From: Glaucostegus cemiculus
Taxonomy: Eukaryota
DNA length: 64,000 nucleotides
Reading direction: 5' to 3'
Assembly (NCBI GenBank): GCA_976551045.1
Contig: CDPCPM010000010.1
Span: forward strand, 18,042,001-18,106,000
Part shown: piece by piece, positions 1 to 11,890 of the stretch
Position numbering within the stretch: position 1 is the first letter of the stretch
Layout: every line of letters begins with the position of its first letter
The notes under the pieces: model-generated
Told to the model about the DNA's origin: nothing
Databases searched by the model: none
What the model saw: only the letters and a program-made list of their open reading frames with translations
Program-made: the position numbers and the translations under genes

Positions 1-200
1 TTCCACACCACAGAAATATGTAGGTTGGTAGGTTATTCAGTCACTGTAAATTGCTCCTAATGTGTAGATGAGTGGTAGAATCTGGATGGAATGTGAGGAC
101 AATAAATTGGGTCTAGAGTAAATTGTATATGGATGCTTGATGTTGGTGCAGACTCAGTGGGCCGAAGAGTATGGAAATAAGTCCTATCTATGACTCTGAG
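1..200 (+). mobile_element. 3' part of HE1/V-type SINE with CR1-derived tail
   Basis: cactgtaaattgctcctaatgtgtag...gtgggccgaag...ctatgactct pattern; truncated by the window edge. Confidence 0.6.
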
Positions 201-379
201 GGACTGTAGGAAAGCAATATTCTTTATGGAAACCAGTTCCAAAGTGTAGCAAACACTCATTGCTCCTCAAAAAGCTACAGGTTAGACTGGAAGAATACAT
301 GAACTCATGGCCATTTGAGATAATGAAAAGCTGCCATTTCAGCCCACACATTCAAATACTGGGAAAATACCATGAATGA

Positions 380-1150
380 GGTTACGATTATACTCAAACA
401 ACCATTAGGATTTTGTAATTTTAAAGACATTTTGCGGGTCTGAGACAAAAAGAAGATCTAGTCAAAGTTTTCGGCACAAAAAGACTCGTGTTTGATTGGA
501 TCCCTATGTGCAGGACCGCAACTTCCTTGAAGATGGCAGTCAAGAATATCTGGGGATTCCGTCCTACGCTAGCCACAAATGTAAGGTGACTGACAATGAA
601 AGGGCAACTCCCAAAGCTTTAATCAAAAAAACAAGGACAGCATCATATGACCACGAGTGGCATAAGTCCCAGTTGGAGATGTGTTGGCAGTCATTCCCCA
701 TTCAACTTTTCTTTTAAAGAGGACTGCTGCTATTCATGTCAGAAGAATGGACACATTATAGCAGTTTGTAAAACAAAATCCAAGACAATAGACAGCAGTG
801 TAATCTCAAATGCAACATCTGTAGAGAAAGGATTAGCTCTTCATAATGAGTCATTAATAAAGAATCTGCAAAATATTATCACTGCTGCAGAAGACATAAC
901 ATTACATTTCTTTATTGTCTATGTTACCAGTTAGTGTAGTGTGAGGTAATAGGGCTGCAAGGTTACCATTGTGATTGAAAGAAAGCCTATATGGACTCAG
1001 ATCAAGATGGTGGTAGAATGTTCCATTCTGTGGAAAGATTCATATGAAAAACAATTTAGTTTTTGTCCTTAGTAAGCAAAAAAGTCAACATTAAGACTTA
1101 TTCAGATCAAGCTTTGAAAGTTTTGGGACAGATGAAATACACTGATGGTT
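380..1150 (+). mobile_element. Degenerate Gypsy LTR retrotransposon gag/protease fragment
   Basis: Zinc knuckle CYSCQKNGHIIAVC in ORF 647-934, followed by decayed protease-like sequence. Confidence 0.65.
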
Positions 1151-1865
1151 AGTGTCTCAAGTTAGTTGCAGGATCATGAGTTCTGGTTCACAAGCAGAGT
1201 CTTGACCTAATACGGTAACCATTCCTTTGTCTCCACAGATGCTGCTTGATCCAATGAATTCCTGCAGTAGTTTGTTTTTTTTTACTCCAGATTCCAGCCT
1301 CATATTTCAGCAGTTACTGCATGCAGCACTTTACTGTGTTGTAAAGTGACTAAAGCTGGGAATTAAATATTCCAAGTTAGTTAACTTTTAGAGAAGATGG
1401 GTAAAATGGACAAGGAGGGGTTGGGAAAATAAAGAATGGGATAAAGGTAGTCGATGGAAAGGATCATAGTCAGAAAATCAAGAAGTAAAATCAATTTCTG
1501 GTGTTTGGGAAACATACTGGCATCAATTGAGGATTGGTTAATGGATAGTAAGAAGAGAGTCAGAATAAAAACAGAAAGTGTTGGAAATACTCAGCAGGTC
1601 AGGTGGCATCTGTGAAAGGAGAAACCGAGTTAACATTTCAGCTCAAAGACACTTCATCAAAATTGGGAAAGTGATAAAACGAGTTACTTTTAAATTGCAG
1701 GAACCGTAGCAGAGGATGAATAGGACATAGGGAATATCTCTCTGACAGTGTGAGGCCAGGGTTGCCCAAGCGATCCCAATGTTTATGGAGCCATCTGGTT
1801 TAATAGATTAATGAGGGGAGTTAGAGAGGGAGAAAACAAAGGGTCAGAGTAAAGTTTTGAAATGC

Positions 1866-2235
1866 AGAGTGATATGGTACACAGCAGTTAGTATTGCTGC
1901 CTCACGGCTCAGGGACCCAGGTTTAATTCTGACCTTAGGTGCTGTCTGTGTGGAGTTTGCACATTTGCCCTGTGACTGTATGGTTTCCTCTGAGCATTTC
2001 AGATTCTCCACACATCCCAAAACATGCCAGCAGTTTAATTGGCTAACATAAATTACACCTTGGTATCAGTTAATAGAAAAGAAGGAAACAAAGGGGAGAT
2101 GATAGACATGTGAGAGAGGAAGGGTTGCAAGAGTACAGGGAAATAAGGAGATGGGGCATTGGAATGAATAAAATTACTTCCCAGGATCCAGCATGGAGCC
2201 AGTGAGCTGAATCAATAATCTTTCTGTGTAATTAT
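1866..2235 (+). mobile_element. tRNA-derived V-type SINE (HE1-like), old
   Basis: A/B-box-like head, then gtctgtgtggagtttgcac...ggtttcctc V-domain core. Confidence 0.75.
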
Positions 2236-2559
2236 GAGATATAAAGGTCTGGAAATAGCTAAGGAACTTTTCTAGTTGTTCCATAGTAGTGTGAATGGCT
2301 GAGTCCAAACACAACTTATAAGCTCCCCACTTCATGTAATCTGTCAAGAACCTGCCATTCACTGCCCAAATTAGAGAAGCCCATTATCTATTTTCCTCAT
2401 ACCATATCACTGTCCTGTTACTCCTTCAAACAATTACATCCCAAGATCAACACCAGTGTAGGAACTGTAGGTTTCTTTGTGTTGCTGCAAGCATTGGCGA
2501 ATAAGCAGAAGTAGAGCAATAAAAAAGAACATTCTCTTTTGGAGGCACTGGCTCTCAAC

Positions 2560-3140
2560 TGCATTGCAATGTCAGGGTATAATAATGCATAAAGAATTAC
2601 ATGACATCATGCAAACAATTCCTCAAAAATGCCCCATGAGTCTACACTGGAATCATCAGGTTGAAGGCACATTTATGAAATAGATCTAGTGTTAAATTGA
2701 TACACTGTAAACCAAGGCCAATTTGTTATTCTGTGAAGAGATGTGGAAGAAGAGCTTGAGAAATTAAAAAAAAATGCATTTTGGTCAAAATAACAGGGGG
2801 AAAGCTTCAAAAAATGATTGTACAGGAGGCAGGTAAAACAGTTACTTTGTTCTGTGAATTCAAAATAACATTGAATCAATTGACAATGAATAATATTCTT
2901 TATTAACCGCATGCGCAATTGGCAGGATAACAGTTTTTGAAAAACTTGAATTATTGTATGCCTATGCATAACAGAACACACAGAAATATTGTACAATTGG
3001 TATGTATAAAGATTTGTACCTATAAACAAAGTTGTCATTTAGAGTCAAATCCTAACCAACGATCTTCCTGTACTTCACAGACAAGATTTTGCAGAGCACT
3101 GAGGAGGCAATCTTCTTATCACAACAGTTCATGCAGGGAA
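2560..3140 (+). mobile_element. Degenerate Gypsy pol fragment (likely continuation of 380-1150)
   Basis: HCKPRPICYSVK...VEEELEKL resembles the pre-RT PRPVPYALKEKVEEELERL motif. Confidence 0.5.
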
Positions 3141-3199
3141 TAAACTATATATTTTGGAAAGATGCTGAAGTGATTTCACCTTCACAAAATTGAATTAGT

Positions 3200-3510
3200 C
3201 TAAATTCACCTTTTTACAGCCAAAGGTAGTGCATTGAGGCACAAGTTACATAGTCAACTACATCGGGCAGGCCATGTTATTCAAATGCCTGACACCAGGT
3301 TCCCAGAACACTCTGTTCCTGAGCTCTGTCATGGGTAAAGATTACCAGGTGGACAAAGAAAAAGGTTTACAGAAGTGTTCAAAGCCTCATTGAAGAAATG
3401 CAACAACTCTGCTCACTCCTGGGAATCTCCTGCCTTTCACCATTCAAAGTGGAGAAGGAGTATTCAGGATGATATTCAGAACCTCAGGTCATTGTATTGG
3501 GAACCTCTCT
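3200..3510 (+). mobile_element. RTE-clade LINE 3' fragment
   Basis: QLHRAGHVIQMPDTRFP...LPGGQRKRFTEVFKASLKKCN...KWRRSI, typical of the RTE ORF C-terminus. Confidence 0.75.
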
Positions 3511-6115
3511 GTGATGCTTTCAGTTGTGGCACAGGTCACATATCAGGTATTTTAGGTGAGGGTCAAGAACAAACTATAGCATCTGTATCACATACTACTA
3601 ACAAGTATAATCAAAACTACACACAAATTGGGAACAAAACTCAATGCTCCTTTGTATGAAGACATTCCATCATTTCTAACTACTATTACTGGCAATCTTG
3701 GGTCCTAAAAAAACAGTTTAAACAATGACGCTTTCAGGATGTAGAAGTGGGTAGAATTACTGTCACAATATGATTCAAGATTATTTATCGAAACAAAGCA
3801 AAATAGCTGACGCTCTGTCCATGTCACGACTCGTGAGTCAGAGGTCTTGTCAGTGGTCTAAGTGAAGTATTTCTGGATTGAGAATAAGGATTTGGGGACA
3901 GAAAAGAGGAGGAATGTTCTTTCTTCACTGAGGGGGAAAAATAAATATTTTTCTTGGACATGTCTAGTGATCCATATTATATTCATGTTATAGCCACGTC
4001 AGACCATTCATTGCTTCTGAAGGTAGTTAAGCAGTTTTAATGCATAAGATTGCAATGATGAAAAAGTGAGAAGGGTATATTGTGCAAAAATCTGCATCAC
4101 CTTATTGATTGTTTTCCATAATATGCAAAATACAATGGATAGACAATAATAACTTTGAACTAACTGGGTCATCAAGGTACTGTGGATAACTTCTTAGGAC
4201 ACTATTGGCTTTGAGAATAACAGCTGGGGCATCTTCATTAGATGTCACAGGATCAACTGAAATTCTTTGATAGAGCAGAGTTTCCAATGCCTGTTTGCTA
4301 TTTTTTGATATATAGTGACACCAGTAGGACCTCCTAGCCCATGCCCAGCATCAGTTGGCTACAATGAGGGGGCATATGTTTTTGTCCATCATGGCAATGA
4401 CATTAGGCTTGTTGCCTAAGGCTGCCAGTGATGTCACAGAACTTCAAGCACGAACCCCCTGCCTGTGGTACAGCAGTATCCCTAATGATATGTGCCAGGT
4501 CAGGTCTCAAGCATACCAAGAGATGAACTTCAGTCACCTTATATTCTCTTATATTCCATTTCTATATTTGCCTAAGCATTTTATATTCCTTTTTGAGAAG
4601 TAGCACTTTGCTGTTACTTACTATTTTTTATAGTCCACTCATGATCAGAGGCTCACTGTGTGACCAGCAGTGGATCAGAAATGATGTTCTGCTGGTTGCC
4701 TTGGCTGCTCTTTAATAGTATTTAACATCTAAGACACCCAATTCTGGATGCAAGGTGTTTTGATGTGCTGAACCTAAGGATTGCCCATATACTGGTTTCA
4801 ATATCTATTTCAACATATTACAAGCTTTCCTCTATCCTGCCAAGAACAGTGTGTTGACTCTAACCCACCACAGTAGAGAAGCCCCTTTCTTCTTTCTGGT
4901 CTGCTTTCAAAGGGAGTTATTGTCTGAGACCCTGAACCTTGTCCTACAGCCTCATAGTGGGGCTTACCAAATACCAATATATTATTGTTGCTGGGCTATG
5001 AAAATTAAGTACTTTGTTTTATGTAGTGAGCTGAACGAGTGATATCACAGCCAAAAATCACAATGTTACAACATTATTGAAAAAAGGTAATGCAAGCATT
5101 TAACATTATTGTCATGAAGAACATGTGAAAATCAGTGGATGATAAATTTGTGAGTACATACATCTCATTGATTGAGTGTAGCCTGGGTTATGAGCAGATG
5201 CTGAAGCAATAAATTAACAACTTTGCAAAGAAGGATTCTCTGTGTGAAGGCAGAACTACTCCACAGCACCAGCTGTTAGCATCTTAATCATGGCCTACAT
5301 GTCAATCCTTTAGAACCATGTCACACACTGTCAGGAAAAAATTGCTTTGATGGAATATTGTTTCCAAAATCTGTGAAGGAAAATGATGCTTCCATTATTT
5401 TCCGTATTAACCTATTTTGATTGTATTCCAGTGTAGCATTCAGTTCCTATTCCCCACCTGACACATAGACTCAAGGGTCTGGGTTTTAGCCTGTAGGTGA
5501 TTTCAGTCCAAGGGTTCAGGAAATCTAGGCTTGTCTAATTAGGGTCCCAGTTCATAGGCAATCTGATTAAAAAACTGCCAATGTGGTGCATGAAGCATGC
5601 TTCACAAGATCAGATCAGTGTATTGTGGAAGCAAGAAAGATTGCAAGGAGCCCTGACCATAGCAACAAGGACAAGGTTCAAATTTCAACAGAAAAATCAG
5701 TAACATTCTTATAACCATAGAACAATACAGCACAAAACACGCCCTTCGGCCCACCATGTTGTGCCGTCCATCAATCCTCACACGATCTAACTCTGTCCTC
5801 CCACATATCCCTCTAACCTCAGCAACAATCTTAAACAAGAGATAATCAAACCACCTTCCCTTGATATACATTGTTGAACCTACAATATAGATATTGGTCA
5901 TGAACAATAATTGATCCTTTACAGGTATTATTTCTTCAATGTTTATGTCATGTGATTAACTACTGTCTGAGCTGCAATAGTGTTTTTGGAACGTTTCAGA
6001 CAGGCAATCTGTGAGGAGCCCTTGAATAACAAAGACACACTTTGAGCTCCCAGTGTCTGTATTTATCTGCTCATTAGTAGATGTCAGGAATATACAGAGA
6101 GCACATACTGTTTGT

Positions 6116-9100
6116 TGGTGAGGACGATGGTATGGCAAAGAAGTACAACCTTCACTGAGTCCAGAAAACTCATGATCGACTACAACAAGCTGAGGTGTGG
6201 ACCTGAGCGTGAGAGAAAATGATACTGCGTGCAAACATATTTGCTAGTTAAAAAAACCTTCACAATTGTTAAAGTGGTATATAATACAAAATGGGCAGGG
6301 GCAGGTCATTCCCAGATCAGTAATACCGGAAAACTTGAAGGCTAAAACAATGGGCAGGAACCCTTCCATACATCAATCAATGGGAGCAGTTTCCCTGCAT
6401 CAGTAGCATTATTGAAATTAAGGGTGGTGTTAAAGATGCTTGCAATGGATGTCCTATTAAACAATATAGTAGAAAGGCTGTAAAATGACTTCAACTCAGT
6501 GCCATCTGAAATTGATGAGAATTTTAAGTTCAGGGCCAGAAAAGATGATTAGCGACTACGCAGTTGTTCTGAAAAATGTTTACAATATTGTAATTTTGTT
6601 GCATTTTTGGATCAAGCTCTGAGAGAGAAGTTTGTTTGTGGACTTACGAATGACATATTCAGTTCAAGTTATTGAACATGCAAGATCTAACATTCGAACG
6701 GGCCAGCAGGATAGGTATACACATGGCAAATGACCTCTAAAATTACTAAGGAGTTACAGCCAGAACAACATGTTAATGTAAACACTGCAGTAGGTCAAAC
6801 TGCAGTTACTCTAAAATTGAGTCTGGATGATCTGCGCACAAGTGCCATAAGAAATAGCTATGGTGGGAAACCCTCCTACTTTCTTTTTCAATCTTTTTAT
6901 TGATAACAAATCAATACAGGTTAATATATATAATAACAATGTTTACACATGTATTATAGAGATATCAGGTAACAATCATAGGTAATCATTAAAAAAAGCA
7001 ATAAAGTATGATATATATAAAAGAAAGTTCCAACAATCTCTTGGTTAATAAGTATAATGTAAAAGATAGGAAAGAAAAAGATTTGTTATATAATTAGAAA
7101 AAAACCCAAATCAATAAAAAAAATTATAACAATACAAAGTAAGTTGAATAGAATTTTTTTTTTAAAGAAAAGGAAAAACGAAACAAGAAAAAAAACTGGG
7201 CTAAAATTTTCAATAGAAACAGAGAAATATAATGTCGTCAGCTCCGTTCCTCTGAATTAAAAAAAGTTATAGAAGGGGAAACTACCTCATGTGCGAAACC
7301 CTCCTACTGTTAGCATGAGAACACTCAGTGCAAGCTTGTCAGCTTAAAACTCCAAAATGTTTTAATTGTTACAAGGAAGGGGACGCGGCCTCTATCTCCA
7401 AGTTGAGACAAAACAGAGCAAACTAAAATATTGGAGCTAAATACCAATGGGAGGGAAACAATTACAATAGCAAACTACAGCAAGGAGATCTGCACAACTT
7501 TGAGATGGATGTGAAATCATGAGGTAGAGTTTGAATGAATAACATATACACTAGTAGAGCTGATTAAAAAACAGCATTTCTAAATTAAGGTCAAGATTAA
7601 TTATTGAGATGCTGAAATGAACATAGTCACAGGTGCAGACTGCTGCGTCATAGGAAAGGACCATAACTGAAAGCTTAGACTGGTGCTCTATTTGAAGAGC
7701 TGATTAAAATTAAGAACATGCTCTCATGAAACACTGAGGACAACTGGAATGTCTGGTCCTTCATAATGGACGGTAGAGAAGGTTACTAAGTATGGTGGTT
7801 CCTCCAGTATATTAAATCAATCTTGCTCTGAAGGGATTGGTTGAAAGGGATGAGGATGGATTTTTAAAAATGTATCAATGATCATCTCATTGCCTCTACT
7901 TATGCTACTTGACCACTGAATTACTCCAGCAGTTTGCTTTTTGCTATGTTTCAGCAAGTTCCTTTGTTTGAAATGACCCTCAAAAGAAGTCACAACAAAT
8001 GTACAGAACTAAATTTTTACCAAAGAGATGACATGGAAATAGTTGGAGTTGTACAAAAGGACACAATATTGAAGCAGGTTAATGAATGCACACTTAGTCA
8101 ATAAACAGATTCATACACAGGATTTAATGAAAACATTAAGTCTTATGAACTATCAACTAACCAGGATTAGGAACACAAGCGTAATCCCAAAATAGTGGCA
8201 TAAGGTTATGGAAGAATTCCATACACAACACTTGGGTAAAGTAAATAAGAAGGCAGTAGATTTGTCTATTGGCCTATAATTGACAAATACGTATATAGAG
8301 GACCTAGCCAGAAGGTGTTTGCTATAGAAAGTCTATCAAACATAAAGCACCACTTCAGGTGTGAAAGTGCTTAACAAAATCATTCCAATAGGCTTATATT
8401 AAATATTGTTAAAAGTAACGTCGACTTTGGTATGAATTGATTGCTACTAATTAATTGGTGCCATTTGAAATGGTTAGAAGTTAAACATGCAGTTGCAATC
8501 ATTACTAGTAATTAAGATCGACCTTTGCCATTTAAGATCAGTCTGAAAAAGAAGTGAGTCAGAGATCAACTCCTTCATGTTTGAAGAGATGGTAAATAGT
8601 AATGGAATGAAACGCTATTTCAGTTCTCCTTACTACACAACTTTCAAAGGGGAAGCAGAAAACTCAGCTTGCATGGTAAATCAGGAATTGAAAAAGCAGG
8701 TTATAAATAGGGCCATGAAACATTGACAGAGAATTTCCTCTGTAGTGTCATGAATCACCTCACTCCGTAATGAGGTATATTCCTGCTAAAACGTTAATGA
8801 ATCAAAGACTCAGAATGAGGTCACGTTCCTTTCAACCTAATTTGGTGGTGAAAGTGGAGGAGGGGAAATAGAAACACAGTACGTATCATGACTCATGCTA
8901 CATGGCAGCTCACAGATGTAGAAATGAAAATTCTATTCAAAACTGGTGATAAATGTTGCTATGTTAGTATTAACCACTTATTGTTAGTGCACCATTTGAC
9001 AAAACAAAGCAAGGGAGTCTATCAGATTGAATCTGCTTCTGAAATATATCTCACAAAAGGTCAAGAGGAGTTGGCCTTTGATATTGCTGATGAGAACCAT

Positions 9101-9150
9101 GATGAGACAACAGTCCAGAGCTGAACCATACTCTAACATATAATGATGTG
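6116..9150 (+). mobile_element. Degenerate Gypsy internal region (gag, protease, integrase; RT largely deleted)
   Basis: PBS-like tggtgaggacgatgg at 6116; gag CNFVAFLDQALREKFVCGL...LLNMQDLTFERA at ~6590-6710; integrase HHCC-like EEFHTQHLG..WP..D..IEDLARRC at ~8210-8320; SSPYYT..KGEAE at ~8620. Confidence 0.75.
6881..7294 (-). mobile_element. 5'-truncated L1-like 3' UTR insertion with 14-bp TSD
   Basis: Exact direct repeats GAAACCCTCCTACT at 6867-6880 and 7295-7308; the minus strand is T-rich and ends aataaaaagattgaaaaagaaa. Confidence 0.75.
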
Positions 9151-10029
9151 ATCGGTGATCAGCACACCAGTTTTTACATCTGTGCATTAGTGATCCTTAT
9201 AAACCTTTTATGTAGAGATTTGAGTTCTTTAAATGAGATGCCACTCATCAGGAAATATAGAGATGTTTTAGCAAAACACTTAAGTAATTGGAGCAGGGAT
9301 TCATTCAATCATGTGTTATGTTCAGTGAAGATGGACCTGCAAAACAGGATGTGAGAGAATTTTATGCATCATCTGGATTCTCCTGTGTTATTATTGGTGA
9401 ATTATGTTAGTGGCAACAATCGTGTGAAAAGATGGAGTGGAGGCAATAATCTTGTAGAACGTTGGAAAAGTATCTCTCTATGAAGGAGTCCCTTACTGTC
9501 TATCCTTGACTATGCTCTCCTCACTTGCTTAGCTGAGAGATGAAGGTGAGACTACTTTTATAATACAATTTTGCAAATTATGGCAAGCCTCAAGTAATCT
9601 GATCCCACAAGCATGATTAAATGTTCGAGATAACTCCTGGAACACATCCAACGAAAGTTACTAATCCTATCTTGATGGTTCGCTTTCATTGAGTTATTCT
9701 GTTATACTTGAAGTACGGTTACAACAGAGGTGTGTGGCATAACAATGCAGAAAATTTAGCCCTGAAACGAAAAAAAAAATTACATTTATCTTATGGAGAG
9801 TGTTGGATGGAAAAAGTGGTTTAATCAGCCTTTCAATGTTGAGTGGAAGATAAGGAAGTAGATTTGGCATATTTCTTGTTATAGCAATGTAAGGAACACT
9901 CAAACAAGATTTATGACATGTTATTGTGGTCAATATATACCCAAAAACACTTTTTCATGAGGACATGCATAAAGGTTAAAGAGCATACACTGATTAATAT
10001 CGTTCGCAATTCATATTAATTAAATAAAC

Positions 10030-10218
10030 CTAGCAACAACTGCTATTTGCGTAATGATCTTTATTTTGGTTTGGACTCTCTGCATGATTTTAAATCTATT
10101 TTCCATATCCTTTGGGAAAACTCTATGTTTGTGTTCCTATTTTCTTCAGGTACAAAGACTCTATCCATTTCCTTGAGTTGTTGCTGCTCTACCTTCAGAT
10201 CATCACAAAACGATGCAG
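10030..10218 (-). pseudogene. ALPK1: ALPK1-like second coding exon, disrupted
   Basis: After a phase-1 AG acceptor: AASFCDDLKVEQQQLKEMDRVFVPEENRNTNIEFSQRIWKIDLKSCRESKPK*RSLRK*QLLL versus human [52 protein letters not shown]. KEM...FVPE is ungapped, K..LK and the terminal QLL are kept, and there are two in-frame stops. Confidence 0.55.
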
Positions 10219-11464
10219 CTACGGTTAAAGGTCATGCCAGGGCATCACTCACAGACAAAGTCCCTTTAGCTGCTAATGTAAGCTGTAGTAAGAACATCCT
10301 GAAAGCACATCCACTTGAGACTAACTACAAGCTGCTCATGCCTCTCAGAGGACTTATGGTGTTGACTTTTCTGTCATCGGATCCAAGCTTACGTTAAGCC
10401 CTGGAGCTACAGAAGCTTATTGACATTTAAGCAGTGAAATAAATCCTGTTGCTACAATTCTCTTCATGAAGATAAATACCCTGAAAACAGTGGAGAAACT
10501 AAACATCTAGTCCTCATTTTACAAGAATTACATTATTTCAGTACTTTGAAGACCAAGAGGATTCATCATACTCCTTTCTAAAACACTTATGACTTTGAAT
10601 TGGTCCAAATAAACAAATAGGCAATTCCATGTCCTTAAGAATAGAACAAAAGTGAAGCATTTTGAGCTCAAGTTCATTGGGTTATCAGTTACATTTTTTA
10701 AATTATCTCACTTTTCTTTCAAAGTGATCTACTTCCTTAAAAATTCTATCTGACCTTTAATTTTCTCTTTTTTTTTTGTTATTATTTTGCTCTGAAAAGT
10801 CCCATGGTAGCTAATTTGATAAAAATCTGGAGATGTCAAGATGCTCAAGAAAGGTGTAGCCTTAGGGAGGTAAAGGGCTTTTACTGCAGCAGACTGGTTG
10901 AAGAGGAAATAATAGGATTTTCCAGGATTCACATTGATCTTCAAATGAGAAAATCTGCTTACTGTTACTCGACACAAAAAGAACCAAGGTCTTTTAAATC
11001 AAATACACAATGATTCTTCTTAAAGGAATCATTATCAGAGGCTTAACAGGATTCCAAAACCTAAATGCCCGAACTCTCTCATTTAGTTTTCAATGAGATG
11101 TCTGCCTTAATTGTCATTCAGCTCTAGAGATTATTCGGGAGAAGGAATTGTCTTGATAGAGTTAAAATATTTAATTTTTGTTTGACGATATTGTGCTTGT
11201 TTTTCTCGGTTTTCTAATCCCAAAAATCTTATGGAAATTTCTGAAAATACGTGGATCAAGTTGAGTTTGATTCCATGGATCCCAGCTAATGCTTTGCTCA
11301 ACTGGCACTCAACCTTCCAATTTGTACCAAGCCAGTGAATGTTGGCGAGTTACTAGAGACGACATACCTGAATCAACCCTCTCTTCACCTGACATTCAGT
11401 ATCATCCATTGTAAATGGAAATCCTGAGAGAGCAGTCATAAGTATCCTGATATTTCCATTGGTG

Positions 11465-11590
11465 TAGCATGCAGCATGGATACAGGTCCTCCAACCACCT
11501 CATCCATGCCGACTGTCCCATTTTCCTGCATTTGTCTCAAATGGCTCTATTCCTTTCCTATCCATCTACCTGTCCAAATGCTTTTTAATT
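11465..11590 (-). mobile_element. CR1 3' end fragment
   Basis: ctattcctttcctatccatctacctgtccaaatgc tail motif shared with other CR1 copies in the window. Confidence 0.6.
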
Positions 11591-11754
11591 GGCAAACCAA
11601 ATTCCTAAATCCAGAATAACCTGGTCTTGATCAATTTGCAGAAATCCAGCAAGATCAAAACTATATTAATTTCATTTGCTAATATGACTTCCAATAATAT
11701 CTGTAGATAAGAATTATCAAGTGCTTGCTTCAATCATTAAGTGCTTGAAGATTT

Positions 11755-11890
11755 AGTGGATAGGTACATCGAGCTGAATGGAATAGAGAGCTATGGGTAA
11801 GTCCAGTAATTTCTAATGTAGGGACATGTTCGGCACACCTTTGTGGGCCGAAGGGCCTGAATTGTGCTGTAGTTTTTCTATGTTTCTAAA
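11755..11890 (+). mobile_element. CR1 3' end fragment
   Basis: ttgtgggccgaagggcctg...tgtgctgt...tttctatgtttcta tail. Confidence 0.7.

Noticed and set aside
4330-4520. Minus-strand IIRDTA...CDITGSLRQQA resembling ALPK1 LARDCA...LDVSGKLLQVA
   Set aside because: No usable acceptor, and the segment equally resembles a decayed LINE endonuclease start; not distinguishable by eye.
10729-10977. KINVNPGK similarity to ALPK1 RISVNSGK
   Set aside because: Wrong order relative to the 10218 exon and no flanking similarity; likely chance.
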